Made by a program: the position numbers and the translations under genes. This document shows, in pieces, positions 9,391 to 19,481 of a stretch of 64,000 nucleotides of DNA (within the stretch, counting starts at the first letter, position 1; the number at the start of each line of letters is the position of its first letter). Under the pieces are notes generated by a model. It ran no database searches. It was not told the DNA's origin and saw only the letters and a program-made list of their open reading frames with translations. This DNA is from Nitrospirae bacterium MYbin3 (GTDB taxonomy: Bacteria > Nitrospirota > Thermodesulfovibrionia > Thermodesulfovibrionales > Dissulfurispiraceae), in NCBI GenBank assembly GCA_002753335.1, contig PEAD01000002.1:62001-126000 (forward strand), given 5' to 3'.

Positions 9391-10152
9391 ATGAAACCAC
9401 TTATACTTGTGACCAATGATGACGGTGTGCATGCACCCGGGATAATCGCTCTTTTCAAGGCCATGAAAGAGATAGGCGATGCTTATATCGTTGCACCAGA
9501 CAGAGAGAGAAGCGCTGCAGGCCACTCTCTCACTTTGCACAAACCGCTAAAGGTCGAGGAGTTGCGGGAGAAGGTCTATAGTGTAAATGGGACGCCGACT
9601 GATTGCGTTGCTCTTGCTGTCAACAAAGTTCTTCCGAGAAAGCCTGACCTCGTTGCATCAGGGATCAACAAAGGCGCGAATCTTGGTGATGATATTACCT
9701 ATTCTGGTACCGTTGCGGCCGCTATTGAGGGTACTATTCTCAGTGTGCCTTCATTTGCGATATCTGTTGTGGGAGACAAACCGTTCCACTATGATACTGC
9801 TGTGCCGTATGCCATTAAAGTCGCAAGCTACATTCTCGAAAAATCGTTGCCCTATGACACGCTGCTGAATGTGAATGTGCCTAATATTCATAAAGCCGAA
9901 GTAAAAGGTATGAAGCTTACGAGACAGGGCAAAAGAGTTTATGACGGAGCGATTCAGGAGACGTATTCGCCTTGGGGGGACAAGCATTACTGGATAGGAG
10001 GAGGAACGCCATACTGGGAGCAGGGCGAGGGCATGGATGTAGCGGTTGTTCTCTCAGGGTATGTATCGGTTAGTCCAATTCATCTAGATTTAACAAACTA
10101 CGATGCTCTTGAATATCTCAAAAAATCGGGCGGTTTAGATGGCGAAGTATAG
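9391..10152 (+). CDS. surE: 5'/3'-nucleotidase SurE
   Basis: LVTNDDG, GTPTDCV, SGINKGANLG and YSGTVAAA motifs; ATG at 9391. Confidence 0.96.
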   Translation: MKPLILVTNDDGVHAPGIIALFKAMKEIGDAYIVAPDRERSAAGHSLTLHKPLKVEELREKVYSVNGTPTDCVALAVNKVLPRKPDLVASGINKGANLGDDITYSGTVAAAIEGTILSVPSFAISVVGDKPFHYDTAVPYAIKVASYILEKSLPYDTLLNVNVPNIHKAEVKGMKLTRQGKRVYDGAIQETYSPWGDKHYWIGGGTPYWEQGEGMDVAVVLSGYVSVSPIHLDLTNYDALEYLKKSGGLDGEV

Positions 10153-11215
10153 GGTAATTTACGGCGATGGAGAAGAGCCCGAAAAGAAACAGCCGATAGA
10201 CGATCCAGAAAGACTGCTCCAGACAGGAGGGACGCAGACCTTCCAGCTTTTTTCTAAACAGAAAGAAAATCTTTTTCATATTGACAGGAACTCTCTTGTC
10301 AAAAATTCGGTAGTCACGTTCCCTGTTTATAAGCAGCAAGGCACAGCCTTTTCGGTTGCCCTGAAGGCTGATGCTGCTTCTCCTAAAAAACTTACGGACG
10401 AAATCCTGCAGAATATATTGAATGACTCTTCTTTTGAAATCCTTATACGCAAGTCCGATATACCGCATTATTATGAATATTTAAAGACTTCTCCGGAGGG
10501 CGATTCTTTGCCAGAAAATGAACAGATAATCAGAAAAGCTGTTCTCATAAAAGAGACATCAAAGGTTGTGGTGAAGGATCTGTTTGATGATCCCCGGAGC
10601 GGACAAAAGATAAATGAGATGAAGGATTCAATTTCGCAAATTGTTAATGCGCTTCATGACAGCAAAGATATGATTTATAGTCTAATGAGTCTTATCAAAC
10701 ATGATTATTACACTTATACCCATTGCGTAAATGTGGCTGTTTTGGCTGTAGGGCTTGGCATGAGGATAGGACTTAATGAGGAGGAACTTTCCAATATCGG
10801 AATAGGTGCGATGATCCATGATATTGGCAAGACTGTGATCCCGGCCGACATTCTAAATAAGCAGGGGAAGCTGAATATAGATGAGTACCGCAGAATTAAG
10901 GAGCATGTGCGTGAGGGGAGAAAGATACTGGATGAGACGTCCGGAATTCCTGTGGAGGCTTATGATGCGGTATTGCAGCACCATGAGAAGCTTTCCGGTA
11001 AAGGCTACCCATTCAATCTCAATGGCAATGATATTTCGCTTTTTGGCAGACTGACCGGCATTGCCGACTGTTATGATTCTCTGACCACTTCACGCCCAAA
11101 CAGGGCTGCATTCGATCCTTTTCATGCCCTTATGATAATATCGCGCGAAAAGGATGACTACGACATAAAATTTCTGACCGAATTTATCAAGATGCTCGGA
11201 AAGATAAAAAGCTGA
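10139..11215 (+). CDS. HD-GYP domain phosphodiesterase
   Basis: YTYTHCVNV, HDIGK, HHEKLSGKGYP and IADCYDSLT..RP motifs. Confidence 0.9.
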   Translation: MAKYRVIYGDGEEPEKKQPIDDPERLLQTGGTQTFQLFSKQKENLFHIDRNSLVKNSVVTFPVYKQQGTAFSVALKADAASPKKLTDEILQNILNDSSFEILIRKSDIPHYYEYLKTSPEGDSLPENEQIIRKAVLIKETSKVVVKDLFDDPRSGQKINEMKDSISQIVNALHDSKDMIYSLMSLIKHDYYTYTHCVNVAVLAVGLGMRIGLNEEELSNIGIGAMIHDIGKTVIPADILNKQGKLNIDEYRRIKEHVREGRKILDETSGIPVEAYDAVLQHHEKLSGKGYPFNLNGNDISLFGRLTGIADCYDSLTTSRPNRAAFDPFHALMIISREKDDYDIKFLTEFIKMLGKIKS

Positions 11216-11227
11216 CCGCCTGGCAAT

Positions 11228-12472
11228 TCACTCAAAAAGATGGCCGAAGCGTTCAGCAAAGGCCTCAGCAGAAATTTTTGCGGTATTTGCAAGTTTTTTT
11301 GCCGAAGTTTTCTTCAGGTCTTCCTTTTCAAGGCGTATCATGTATTTTCTGCCGACCTCATAATTTTCGGAACATATATCAACTACCCTGACCACGGACC
11401 TTCCTGTGTCAGGCTCGAACATTTCTGCAAAAGGTATCTGCTTCAACCGTCCATCATAAAAGACGATAGTGAAGCCGCTGGCGCCTTTCAGGATAGACCT
11501 GACTGCGCCGTAACCAAGGTTTCTTGTGTATTCCACATCAAAAGGTATAGGGTCTGCGCACCTAAGCTCGTAGCCAATATTTTTATCCACTATCGTAATT
11601 TTGATTCCAAGCTGATCCAGGTTTTTCTTTACGAAATTTTTTAGTATTCGTCCCAACTGTATCTCAGAAAGCCTTACCCTTCCGGTCTCATCTTTTTCGA
11701 GCTTCTCATAGCGGCTTAGTTCATCGAGGTCGAATTTTTCTGAGATGCCTTCTGCCAATATCGCAACTCCATGGTCCCTGTTCATCGAAAGGCGCTTAAT
11801 TATCGAACCTGTAAGGATGTCCGCCACTTTTTTGAGTGATATTTTTTTCTCAGGAAACTCTTCGGCTATTAGTGTTATTGTGGAGCCGGCAGCTTTTCCT
11901 ATTCCGAGTGCAAGGTGGCCTGCATGGCGGCCCATCGCGGTTATAAAATACCAGCGCCCTGTTGTCTTTGCATCTTCCATAAGGTTTTCTGTTATCTGAA
12001 CGCCGTAATGTCTGGCTGTTTCATATCCGAAAGTAGGCACTCCTCCGGGCAGCGCAATGTCGTTGTCAATAGTCTTGGGCACATGAATTACGCTTATCGC
12101 GCCTTTGCCTTCGCGCTCTATCCAGTTGGCCATGAAAAGTGTGCCTTCACCGCCTATGGTGAGCAGGTATCGAATTTGAAGACGCTTTAATGTTGCCATC
12201 AACTGCTTGAATTTTTCTTTAACCTTATCCGGGAATTCGCGGGAGGTTCTGAGTATAGAGCCGCCCTGAGCATGTATTCTTGAAACATCAGCGATTGTCA
12301 GTGGTATTGCGGCTGACATATTGCCGTCGAACAGACTTTTGAACCCGCCCATGATGCCGAGCACTTCATGTCCTTCGTTTATGGCTTCGATTACGGCCGA
12401 GCTTATTACGCCGTTGATTCCGGGTGCAGGCCCGCCGCCCACAATTATTCCAAGCTTTTCTTTCTTTACCAT
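11228..12472 (-). CDS. pfkA: 6-phosphofructokinase, PfkA superfamily, similar to short-clade PPi-PFK
   Basis: GGGPAPGIN, GGSILRTSR, GGEGT, PKTIDND, MGR and GYELR motifs. Confidence 0.9.
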   Translation of the reverse strand: MVKKEKLGIIVGGGPAPGINGVISSAVIEAINEGHEVLGIMGGFKSLFDGNMSAAIPLTIADVSRIHAQGGSILRTSREFPDKVKEKFKQLMATLKRLQIRYLLTIGGEGTLFMANWIEREGKGAISVIHVPKTIDNDIALPGGVPTFGYETARHYGVQITENLMEDAKTTGRWYFITAMGRHAGHLALGIGKAAGSTITLIAEEFPEKKISLKKVADILTGSIIKRLSMNRDHGVAILAEGISEKFDLDELSRYEKLEKDETGRVRLSEIQLGRILKNFVKKNLDQLGIKITIVDKNIGYELRCADPIPFDVEYTRNLGYGAVRSILKGASGFTIVFYDGRLKQIPFAEMFEPDTGRSVVRVVDICSENYEVGRKYMIRLEKEDLKKTSAKKLANTAKISAEAFAERFGHLFE

Positions 12473-12484
12473 ATTCTTATCTCC

Positions 12485-13735
12485 TTAAAACGGGGACCAG
12501 TTTGGGCTTGCTGCCTTAAGCCCTTTGGGTGTTATATTTTTTTGTCCGTCGCCGTTTAAACGCATTATATAAATTCCCTTTGAGCCGTTTCTGTTTGATG
12601 TGAAAACAATGTATCTGCCGTCAGGTGAAAAAGAAGGGTCTTCGTTGCTTCCTATATCCGTAAGCTGAGTCATGCCGTTGCCGTCAAGCTTGGCGGTGAA
12701 TATCTGGTTCTTCCCTCCGATCATTCTAACAAATGCTATCCTGTCGCCTTTAGGAGACCAGACAGGAGATGTATTGTAGTTGCCTTCAAAGGTAATGCGT
12801 CTTATACCGTTTCCATCTTTGTCAGAGATATAAACCTGCGGCCCACCCGCCCTGTTGGATACGAACAATACATTATTTCCGTCGGGCGATACTGTCGGAG
12901 AAACATCTATCCAAGGTGATGCTATCAGCTTGCGGCCTAGCATGGCATTAGTATCTGCAACATAAATATTAGACTTGCCTTCTTTTGAAGAAGAGAATAC
13001 GAACTCCTGCTCATTCGGAAAAAAATTGCCCGCCATATTAAGGCCGCTAAGTGACACAACGCTTTTCTCGCGCATAGAAACCATATCCAGGATATAAATT
13101 CCCCACTCCCTGTTTCTTTCGGCTGAGTAAAGAAGTTTCTTTCCGCTCTTTGACCATCGCGGAGTCAGAAGTATTCCTGCTGTTATGCCTGTGGCATGCA
13201 TTCGAGCGCCATCCCAGTCCATAAGGTGTAATTCTTTAACGCCGTTTTTATCTCCTACAAAGGCTATTCTGGATCTGAAAATACCTTCCTGTCCTGTGAG
13301 CAGTTTATGTATGTCGTTTGATACTGTATGCGCCACCGAACGCAGCGCGTTAGGATATGCGGAATATTCTTTGTTGAGCAGCTCTCTTCCGTCAGCCGCG
13401 TCATGAACTGAGATGGACAGCCGGAGGTCACGGCCTGTCACAACTTTTCCTTTTACCACAACTTCAACCCCAACCCCTTTCCAGTTTGAGGCGTTGAACG
13501 GCTGTTCGGGTTTTTCTATCTGAGCTGCTTCCTCAACGCATTTAAAGAGTCCTGTAAAATTGAGGTCGTCCTGTACGATGTCCGATATTTCTTTGCCGCC
13601 CGCGAAAATTTGCACAGCTATCGGAAAAGCCTTAACTCCAGGAGAATAAATGTCTATATATGTCTTTCCTATGTCCGCAAATGAAAATGACGCGAAACAA
13701 AAAATAATACTGAATGTAAGAATAAATTTTTTCAT
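12485..13735 (-). CDS. tolB: Tol-Pal beta-propeller protein TolB
   Basis: Signal peptide, TolB N-domain, PD40 repeats (SPTVSPDG, SPVWSPKG, PSFSPDG); follows tolQRA. Confidence 0.93.
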   Translation of the reverse strand: MKKFILTFSIIFCFASFSFADIGKTYIDIYSPGVKAFPIAVQIFAGGKEISDIVQDDLNFTGLFKCVEEAAQIEKPEQPFNASNWKGVGVEVVVKGKVVTGRDLRLSISVHDAADGRELLNKEYSAYPNALRSVAHTVSNDIHKLLTGQEGIFRSRIAFVGDKNGVKELHLMDWDGARMHATGITAGILLTPRWSKSGKKLLYSAERNREWGIYILDMVSMREKSVVSLSGLNMAGNFFPNEQEFVFSSSKEGKSNIYVADTNAMLGRKLIASPWIDVSPTVSPDGNNVLFVSNRAGGPQVYISDKDGNGIRRITFEGNYNTSPVWSPKGDRIAFVRMIGGKNQIFTAKLDGNGMTQLTDIGSNEDPSFSPDGRYIVFTSNRNGSKGIYIMRLNGDGQKNITPKGLKAASPNWSPF

Positions 13736-14385
13736 GGCCTGAACCTAATTCCTATTTCTATCTCTTCGTTCGGATTTGGGAACGGGCTTGCGTTGTTAAT
13801 CGCCCTAAGCACCGACCTGTCGAACAAAGGATTGCCGGATTTTTTTTCGATCGCCCCAATCGTAACGGTCCCGTCTCTGGCAATTTTTATCGAAACTATA
13901 GTTTCAAGTTCTTTGTCTGTTGTTTCAGGGAATATCCAGTTTTGGCGAATCCTGCTTTCGACAAGCGAATAATAATCTGTTTTGCCGGTTGGCCCTGGCT
14001 TGCCTGTTGCAACCGCTGATTTTGCAGCAACCTTTGTTTGTGGTTTGTTTCCTATGTCTATTACCTTTCTGAGCGTCGCAATTTTTTCGAGCTTCTTTTT
14101 TGCCTGCAGCTCAGAAAGCCTGTCCTGAAGCCGAGTTTCTTGTTGATGCTTAGGCTTTGACCGCGTAATAACAGCGGCTGGCTGCAGTTCTTTTGCTGAC
14201 GGCGCTGTGGTATCGGGTGCAGATGCTTCTTTTATAGTTGTTGCAGTTTCGCTTACGAGAGATACGAGATAGGTGTTTTTTTTGTTGGCCGGAGAATATT
14301 TAACAAGAATAAAACCGAAGACTAAAAGGAAAACATGGATAAAAACAGAGAAGGTAAAAGCGCTGTAAACTCCAACAGGTCTCAT
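13732..14385 (-). CDS. tolA: TolA/TonB C-terminal domain protein
   Basis: TM with SxxxH, Lys/Ala-rich linker, IRQNW..SGNPLFDRSVLRAI..PFP domain. Confidence 0.85.
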   Translation of the reverse strand: MRPVGVYSAFTFSVFIHVFLLVFGFILVKYSPANKKNTYLVSLVSETATTIKEASAPDTTAPSAKELQPAAVITRSKPKHQQETRLQDRLSELQAKKKLEKIATLRKVIDIGNKPQTKVAAKSAVATGKPGPTGKTDYYSLVESRIRQNWIFPETTDKELETIVSIKIARDGTVTIGAIEKKSGNPLFDRSVLRAINNASPFPNPNEEIEIGIRFRP

Positions 14386-14783
14386 TTCAGGGATGCTTTG
14401 GGCTCGGTCACCATGCCGAGCTTTTCTATCCCCGCCTCCTTGATGTCGCCCATTAGTTCTGCGACTATGCCGTATGAAACGTCTCTATCGGCTTTTAAAT
14501 ATACATTGGGATTATTTTTGCCTATTGCCGAAAGCTTCTTCATAAGATCTGGTTTTGAAATTGGGTTGTCGTTCAGGAAAATTATTCCGCCTTTTTTGAT
14601 TACTATCGTGAGTCTTTCTTCGGGCGGGAGCTCCTTGCCTTTGGCCTGAGGAAGGTTGACATCTATTCCTTGCTGCAGCAGCGGCGCGGTGACCATAAAG
14701 ATGATGAGGAGCACCAGCATTACGTCAACAAAAGGAGTTACGTTTATTTCGGAAAGAACTGTTCGCTGCCTTGAGAGCTTCAT
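14382..14783 (-). CDS. tolR: TolR/ExbD
   Basis: EINVTPFVDVMLVLLIIFMVTAP signature. Confidence 0.93.
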   Translation of the reverse strand: MKLSRQRTVLSEINVTPFVDVMLVLLIIFMVTAPLLQQGIDVNLPQAKGKELPPEERLTIVIKKGGIIFLNDNPISKPDLMKKLSAIGKNNPNVYLKADRDVSYGIVAELMGDIKEAGIEKLGMVTEPKASLK

Positions 14784-15407
14784 CTATTGCCTGAGGATGT
14801 AGTCAACGAGTTCTTCCGAAAAATCTTCCATGTCTATTATCATGCGGTTTGCACGGCTTAGGTAGTAGTTGTATGCGATAACCGCCGGTATTGCTGCAAG
14901 GAGTCCTATTGCTGTTGCTATCAGCGCTTCTGCAATACCCGGAGCTACGACCGCTAATGAAGCGGAACCCGCAGCACCTATGCCTCTAAATGCTGCCATG
15001 ATTCCCCAAACAGTCCCGAACAGTCCGATAAACGGGGTGGTCGAGCCGGTTGTGGCGAGGAAGTTCAGATAGCGTTCGAGCCTTGCGGATTCAAGCAGGC
15101 TGTATCTTCTAAGCATGCGTTTAAGCTCATCCCGCTCTGTATAAGCCTTTTCCGAAAACACCTGTCTGAACAGGTTCGAAAGCGGGCTTATCGGATACTT
15201 TTTGGTTGAGGATAAAAGGTCTTTAGGATTGTTTGTAGAGCTGTAAATTCGGAGAAAAGTATCGTTTTCTTTATCCGCTTTCGAAAAGTGGCGCCATTTC
15301 TGAAAGATGATGGTCCATGACACTATCGAGAAAAAAAGCAGTATCAGAAGCACCCCTTTTACGACGTAACCGGCCTGAAGAATTATCTGAATTACGGAAT
15401 GTTCCAT
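14784..15407 (-). CDS. tolQ: TolQ/ExbB proton channel
   Basis: TPFIGLFGTVWGIM and APGIAEALIATA motifs. Confidence 0.95.
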   Translation of the reverse strand: MEHSVIQIILQAGYVVKGVLLILLFFSIVSWTIIFQKWRHFSKADKENDTFLRIYSSTNNPKDLLSSTKKYPISPLSNLFRQVFSEKAYTERDELKRMLRRYSLLESARLERYLNFLATTGSTTPFIGLFGTVWGIMAAFRGIGAAGSASLAVVAPGIAEALIATAIGLLAAIPAVIAYNYYLSRANRMIIDMEDFSEELVDYILRQ

Positions 15408-15485
15408 ATATAGTGTGCCTCCAAGAAAGTTATAAAATTTATCCCATATGCCGGTGAAAAGTCAAACAAAGACGGCAAGTGCGCA

Positions 15486-15508
15486 TTTTTTTTTTTTTTT
15501 GATATACT
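15486..15508 (+). promoter_or_regulatory. T15 homopolymer abutting an extended -10 (TG-a-TATACT) upstream of the chemoreceptor
   Basis: T at 15486-15500, then gaTATACT; GGAGG SD and ATG at 15568. Confidence 0.55.
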
Positions 15509-15567
15509 TAACCGAAAACTAGAAAAATTAAGACGGTTTTTCTGTCTTTATATTTGAAGGAGGCTTT

Positions 15568-16683
15568 ATGGATTTTTTCGGCAAAAAATGCGGCGAAGAT
15601 TTAAACAGAAAAGATAGCGATCTGCACAATTTGACGCAGATATTGGACAGACTTGAAGAACTGGTAATGCTTTGTGACACGACACACGAAAATAAGATCT
15701 TTTATATGAATAATAAATCAAAAGACACTATGGCCAAATATCGCCATCAGCTTAACAGTGCTTTAAGTGGGGCGGATGTTGCCAATGCTATGGGCAATTC
15801 GATCCACCAGTTCCATAAAAATCCTGACCGCCAGCGGCGAATACTGTCCGATCTGACTCATAAAATTCATGAGGCAGAGTTTGCCATAGGAGGCGTTTGG
15901 TTCAGGCTTAAATTCTACCCTGTTTGGGACCGAAATGATTCCAAGCGCGCTTCTTGCTACCTTGCTTGCTGGACGGATATAACTGCCGAAAAAGAGGTTC
16001 AGTCAAAAAATGAAGCAGATATTGAAAGGAAGCGGTATCTTGAAGAGAGGGTTCATCAGATTGCAACGGCTATGGAAGAGATGAGTGCTACGGTAAACGA
16101 TGTTGCAAAAAACACTACCAATGCATCGGCAGCTTCTAATACTGTTGTCGAGAATGCAGTTAACGGTCAAGAAGTGGTAAAAAACGCAGCTAGGGGAATG
16201 CAGAACGTGGCACAAATAGTAAGGGACGCATCTTCTCTTATGGATAAGCTTGGTGAAAAATCTAACGAAATAGGTCGCATTGTAACGGTTATAAATGACA
16301 TTGCTGATCAAACAAATCTGCTCGCGCTAAATGCCGCTATTGAAGCTGCGCGGGCAGGCGAGCAGGGGCGAGGATTTGCTGTTGTGGCTGATGAGGTTAG
16401 AAAGCTTGCTGAGCGCACAGGAAGCGCCACAAAAGAGATTGGAGTTATGATTAAAGAGATGCAGAGCCAGACATTAGATGCTGTTAGTGCAATGGAGACA
16501 GGAAGAAAAGAGGCAGAGTCTGGCGAGGTGGCTTCGAATAAGGCTGAGGAAGCTCTTGTTAGGATTGTAAACGATATACAGCGCGTCAAGGATATGGTTG
16601 CGCAGATTGCTACTGCCGCCGAGGAGCAGGCTATGACCTCGAATGAAATTACGCGCAATCTTGATGAGATAGCCGGGAGATAG
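15568..16683 (+). CDS. Soluble methyl-accepting chemotaxis protein with an Aer2-type PAS domain
   Basis: No [14 protein letters not shown] and WTD in the [41 protein letters not shown] signalling domain. Confidence 0.92.
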   Translation: MDFFGKKCGEDLNRKDSDLHNLTQILDRLEELVMLCDTTHENKIFYMNNKSKDTMAKYRHQLNSALSGADVANAMGNSIHQFHKNPDRQRRILSDLTHKIHEAEFAIGGVWFRLKFYPVWDRNDSKRASCYLACWTDITAEKEVQSKNEADIERKRYLEERVHQIATAMEEMSATVNDVAKNTTNASAASNTVVENAVNGQEVVKNAARGMQNVAQIVRDASSLMDKLGEKSNEIGRIVTVINDIADQTNLLALNAAIEAARAGEQGRGFAVVADEVRKLAERTGSATKEIGVMIKEMQSQTLDAVSAMETGRKEAESGEVASNKAEEALVRIVNDIQRVKDMVAQIATAAEEQAMTSNEITRNLDEIAGR

Positions 16684-16694
16684 TTTGGAAAATT

Positions 16695-16892
16695 ATGGCT
16701 ATGAATATAAAGGTTGATGAAGAAAAATGCATAGGCTGCGGCCGTTGTGAAGAGATCTGCCCTGCCGTCTTTCATGTGAGGGAAGCTACTGGCAAGTCCG
16801 AAGTGATTGATGCTGAGGCCTGCGAATTTGTAGGTTGCTGTGAAGCTGCGGAAGAGAACTGTCCTGTTGAAGCGATAACAGTAGAGGAATGA
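16695..16892 (+). CDS. Single-cluster ferredoxin
   Basis: [12 protein letters not shown] and NCPVEAI; 65 aa, acidic. Confidence 0.9.
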   Translation: MAMNIKVDEEKCIGCGRCEEICPAVFHVREATGKSEVIDAEACEFVGCCEAAEENCPVEAITVEE

Positions 16893-17539
16893 CCATAAAA
16901 GAGTTTGCCAAAGCATGGCCTCTTTTAAAAAAGCAGGTAAAGACGCTTGATTTGCCGTGGCTTGATGAACTTGCATCACGCAACCGTGATCCCTTCAAAA
17001 TACTTATATCATGCCTGCTCAGCCTGAGAACTAAAGACAAGACAACCGCCGAAGCATCCAAAAGGCTTTTTTCTTTAGCATCATCTCCGGAAAAGATGTC
17101 CAAGCTTTCTGTTCCGGTGATTCAAAAAGCCATATACCCGGTCGGGTTTTACAGGGTTAAGGCAGGGAGAATAAAACAAATCAGCGCAGTGCTTTTAAAC
17201 GATTACGGCTCAAAGGTTCCGGACACCATCGAGGGGCTTCTCAAGCTTGAAGGCGTAGGACGAAAGACCGCCAATCTTGTTGTGTCGCTCGGATATGGCA
17301 AAGACGGAATCTGCGTTGATACCCATGTTCACAGGATTACGAACAGGTGGGGCTTGGTCAAAACAAAAAATCCTACAGAGACCGAATTTGCGCTGAGAAA
17401 AATTTTGCCGGTGAGCTATTGGCTGGACATAAACAGTAATCTAGTGGCGTTCGGTCAGGGCATATGCAGGCCGGTTTCACCCAAATGCCCCTTGTGTTTG
17501 ATAACAGCATACTGTCAATTTTTTTCGTCGTCCGAGTAA
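16889..17539 (+). CDS. nth: Endonuclease III
   Basis: HhH motif [14 protein letters not shown]-terminal C-x6-C-x2-C-x5-C. Confidence 0.93.
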   Translation: MTIKEFAKAWPLLKKQVKTLDLPWLDELASRNRDPFKILISCLLSLRTKDKTTAEASKRLFSLASSPEKMSKLSVPVIQKAIYPVGFYRVKAGRIKQISAVLLNDYGSKVPDTIEGLLKLEGVGRKTANLVVSLGYGKDGICVDTHVHRITNRWGLVKTKNPTETEFALRKILPVSYWLDINSNLVAFGQGICRPVSPKCPLCLITAYCQFFSSSE

Positions 17540-17577
17540 ATTTCGCGTACTTTGTTATGTTTTGATATAATCTACAA

Positions 17578-18798
17578 ATGTCCAAAGAAGATCTCTCAAA
17601 ACTCAGAATAGAAAAATCTGCAGACACCTTTAAGGCACGCAGCAAGCGCAGAAAAGCTGTCTGGCTTGTATTGGCGGTGGTAGCGGTAGTTTCTATGATT
17701 TTTCTTTTCAACGCCGGGGTTTTCAGCCCTGCCATAGATGTTCAGGCGGTGAACGTTTCTAAAGTCTATCCTTCGCAGACCTTTACGCTGCTTAACGGAA
17801 GCGGATATGTTGTGGCGCAGAGAAAGGCTGCCGTTGCTTCAAAAACGACCGGCAGGCTCGTATGGCTTGGGGTCGAGGAAGGAAACAGGGTAAAGAAAGG
17901 ACAGATTCTTGCGCGGCTCGAAAATGAAGATGTGCTGGCATCAAGAGAGCAGGCGCGCGCCAATCTGAGTGTGGCGCAAGCTAATCTTGAACAGGCAAAG
18001 GCTGAACTGCATGATGCGATCGTGCATCTTGAGAGGGAAAAGAATCTGCTTAAAGAGGGCTTTACAACCAAGTCTTCATACGATACGGCCGAAGCTAGAT
18101 ACAAGAAAGCCCGCGCAGCAGCGGACAGCGCCGAAGCATCAATCAATGCGAATAAAGCTGCGATTCAGAGCACCGAAGTATCGCTCGAATACGCAAATAT
18201 TCGCGCCCCCTTTGACGGAGTGGTTCTAACAAAGAGCGCGGATATCGGGGATATCGTAACCCCAATAGGTGCGGCTGCAAACGCTAAGGCTGCTGTTGTA
18301 ACCATTGCCGACATGAATTCGCTTTATGTTGAGGTGGATGTCTCTGAATCGAATATATCCAAGGTAAAAGCCGGACAGCCCTGCGAGATACAGCTTGACG
18401 CGCTGCCGGACACAAGACTGAGCGGCATTGTCCATATGGTAGTGCCGACAGCAGACCGCAGCAAGGCCTCGGTTCTGGTCAAGGTGAAATTTCTTAAATC
18501 CGACGGACGCATTCTGCCCGAAATGAGCGCAAAGGTTGCGTTTTTAGAACGGCAGGCAAGTCCTGAAGAGCAAAAGCCGCGCATAGCCGTCAGCAATAAG
18601 ACGGTTGTTTCAAAAAACGGGATTTCATTTGTGTATAAAGTCAGTGACAACCGCGCTTGGGAAACGCCTGTAAAGACAGGAACGCAACTCGGCGACATGG
18701 TCGAGATACTCGAAGGCCTTCAGATAGGAGACAAGGTTGTAGCCTCCCCGCCCGCCGGACTCAAGAACAAAAAGAATATCAAGATTCAGGAAAAATAG
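17578..18798 (+). CDS. Periplasmic adaptor (MFP, MacA-like)
   Basis: TM anchor, VEEGNRVKKGQILARL, alpha-hairpin, IRAPFDGVV. Confidence 0.9.
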   Translation: MSKEDLSKLRIEKSADTFKARSKRRKAVWLVLAVVAVVSMIFLFNAGVFSPAIDVQAVNVSKVYPSQTFTLLNGSGYVVAQRKAAVASKTTGRLVWLGVEEGNRVKKGQILARLENEDVLASREQARANLSVAQANLEQAKAELHDAIVHLEREKNLLKEGFTTKSSYDTAEARYKKARAAADSAEASINANKAAIQSTEVSLEYANIRAPFDGVVLTKSADIGDIVTPIGAAANAKAAVVTIADMNSLYVEVDVSESNISKVKAGQPCEIQLDALPDTRLSGIVHMVVPTADRSKASVLVKVKFLKSDGRILPEMSAKVAFLERQASPEEQKPRIAVSNKTVVSKNGISFVYKVSDNRAWETPVKTGTQLGDMVEILEGLQIGDKVVASPPAGLKNKKNIKIQEK

Positions 18799-19481
18799 TG
18801 CTTTCTTCTCCATTAGTAGCGATAAGGAATCTCAACAAGTCCTACAGCCGTGGCAGCCAGATTATCCAAGTGTTGAGCGATATCAACCTCGATATTCGGG
18901 AGGGCGAGTTTCTTGCGCTCATGGGGCCTTCGGGTTCCGGGAAAAGTACGCTTCTTAATCTAATTGCAGGAATCGACAAGCCTGACAGCGGCTCTGTAAA
19001 TATCGGCAGCATAGACATAACAACCCTCTCGGAGACCGATTTGGCGCATTGGCGGGCTAATCATGTAGGATTCATTTTTCAGTTCTATAATCTGATACCA
19101 GTGCTTACAGCCTTTGAAAACGTGGAACTGCCGCTGCTTTTAACAAGTCTATCACGCAAAGAGCGCAGAGAGCACGCAGAGGCGGCGCTCAGAGCGGTGA
19201 ACCTCGAAGACAGGATGGAGCATTATCCATCCCAGCTTTCGGGCGGCCAGCAGCAGCGCGTTGCTATAGCGAGGGCTGTGGTCACTGACCCGGCGATCCT
19301 TGTTGCGGATGAGCCTACCGGAGATTTGGACAAAGTTTCTGCCACCGATATTCTCGAACTTATGAGACGGTTGAATTATGAACTCGGCAAGACAATAATA
19401 ATGGTCACCCACGATCCGCGCGCAGCCGAAAAGGCTCGCATTGTAAAGCACCTTGAAAAAGGCATCATGAATGAGCATTAA
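18798..19481 (+). CDS. ABC transporter ATP-binding protein (LolD/MacB type)
   Basis: [25 protein letters not shown] at 18798 overlaps the upstream TAG. Confidence 0.93.
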   Translation: MLSSPLVAIRNLNKSYSRGSQIIQVLSDINLDIREGEFLALMGPSGSGKSTLLNLIAGIDKPDSGSVNIGSIDITTLSETDLAHWRANHVGFIFQFYNLIPVLTAFENVELPLLLTSLSRKERREHAEAALRAVNLEDRMEHYPSQLSGGQQQRVAIARAVVTDPAILVADEPTGDLDKVSATDILELMRRLNYELGKTIIMVTHDPRAAEKARIVKHLEKGIMNEH

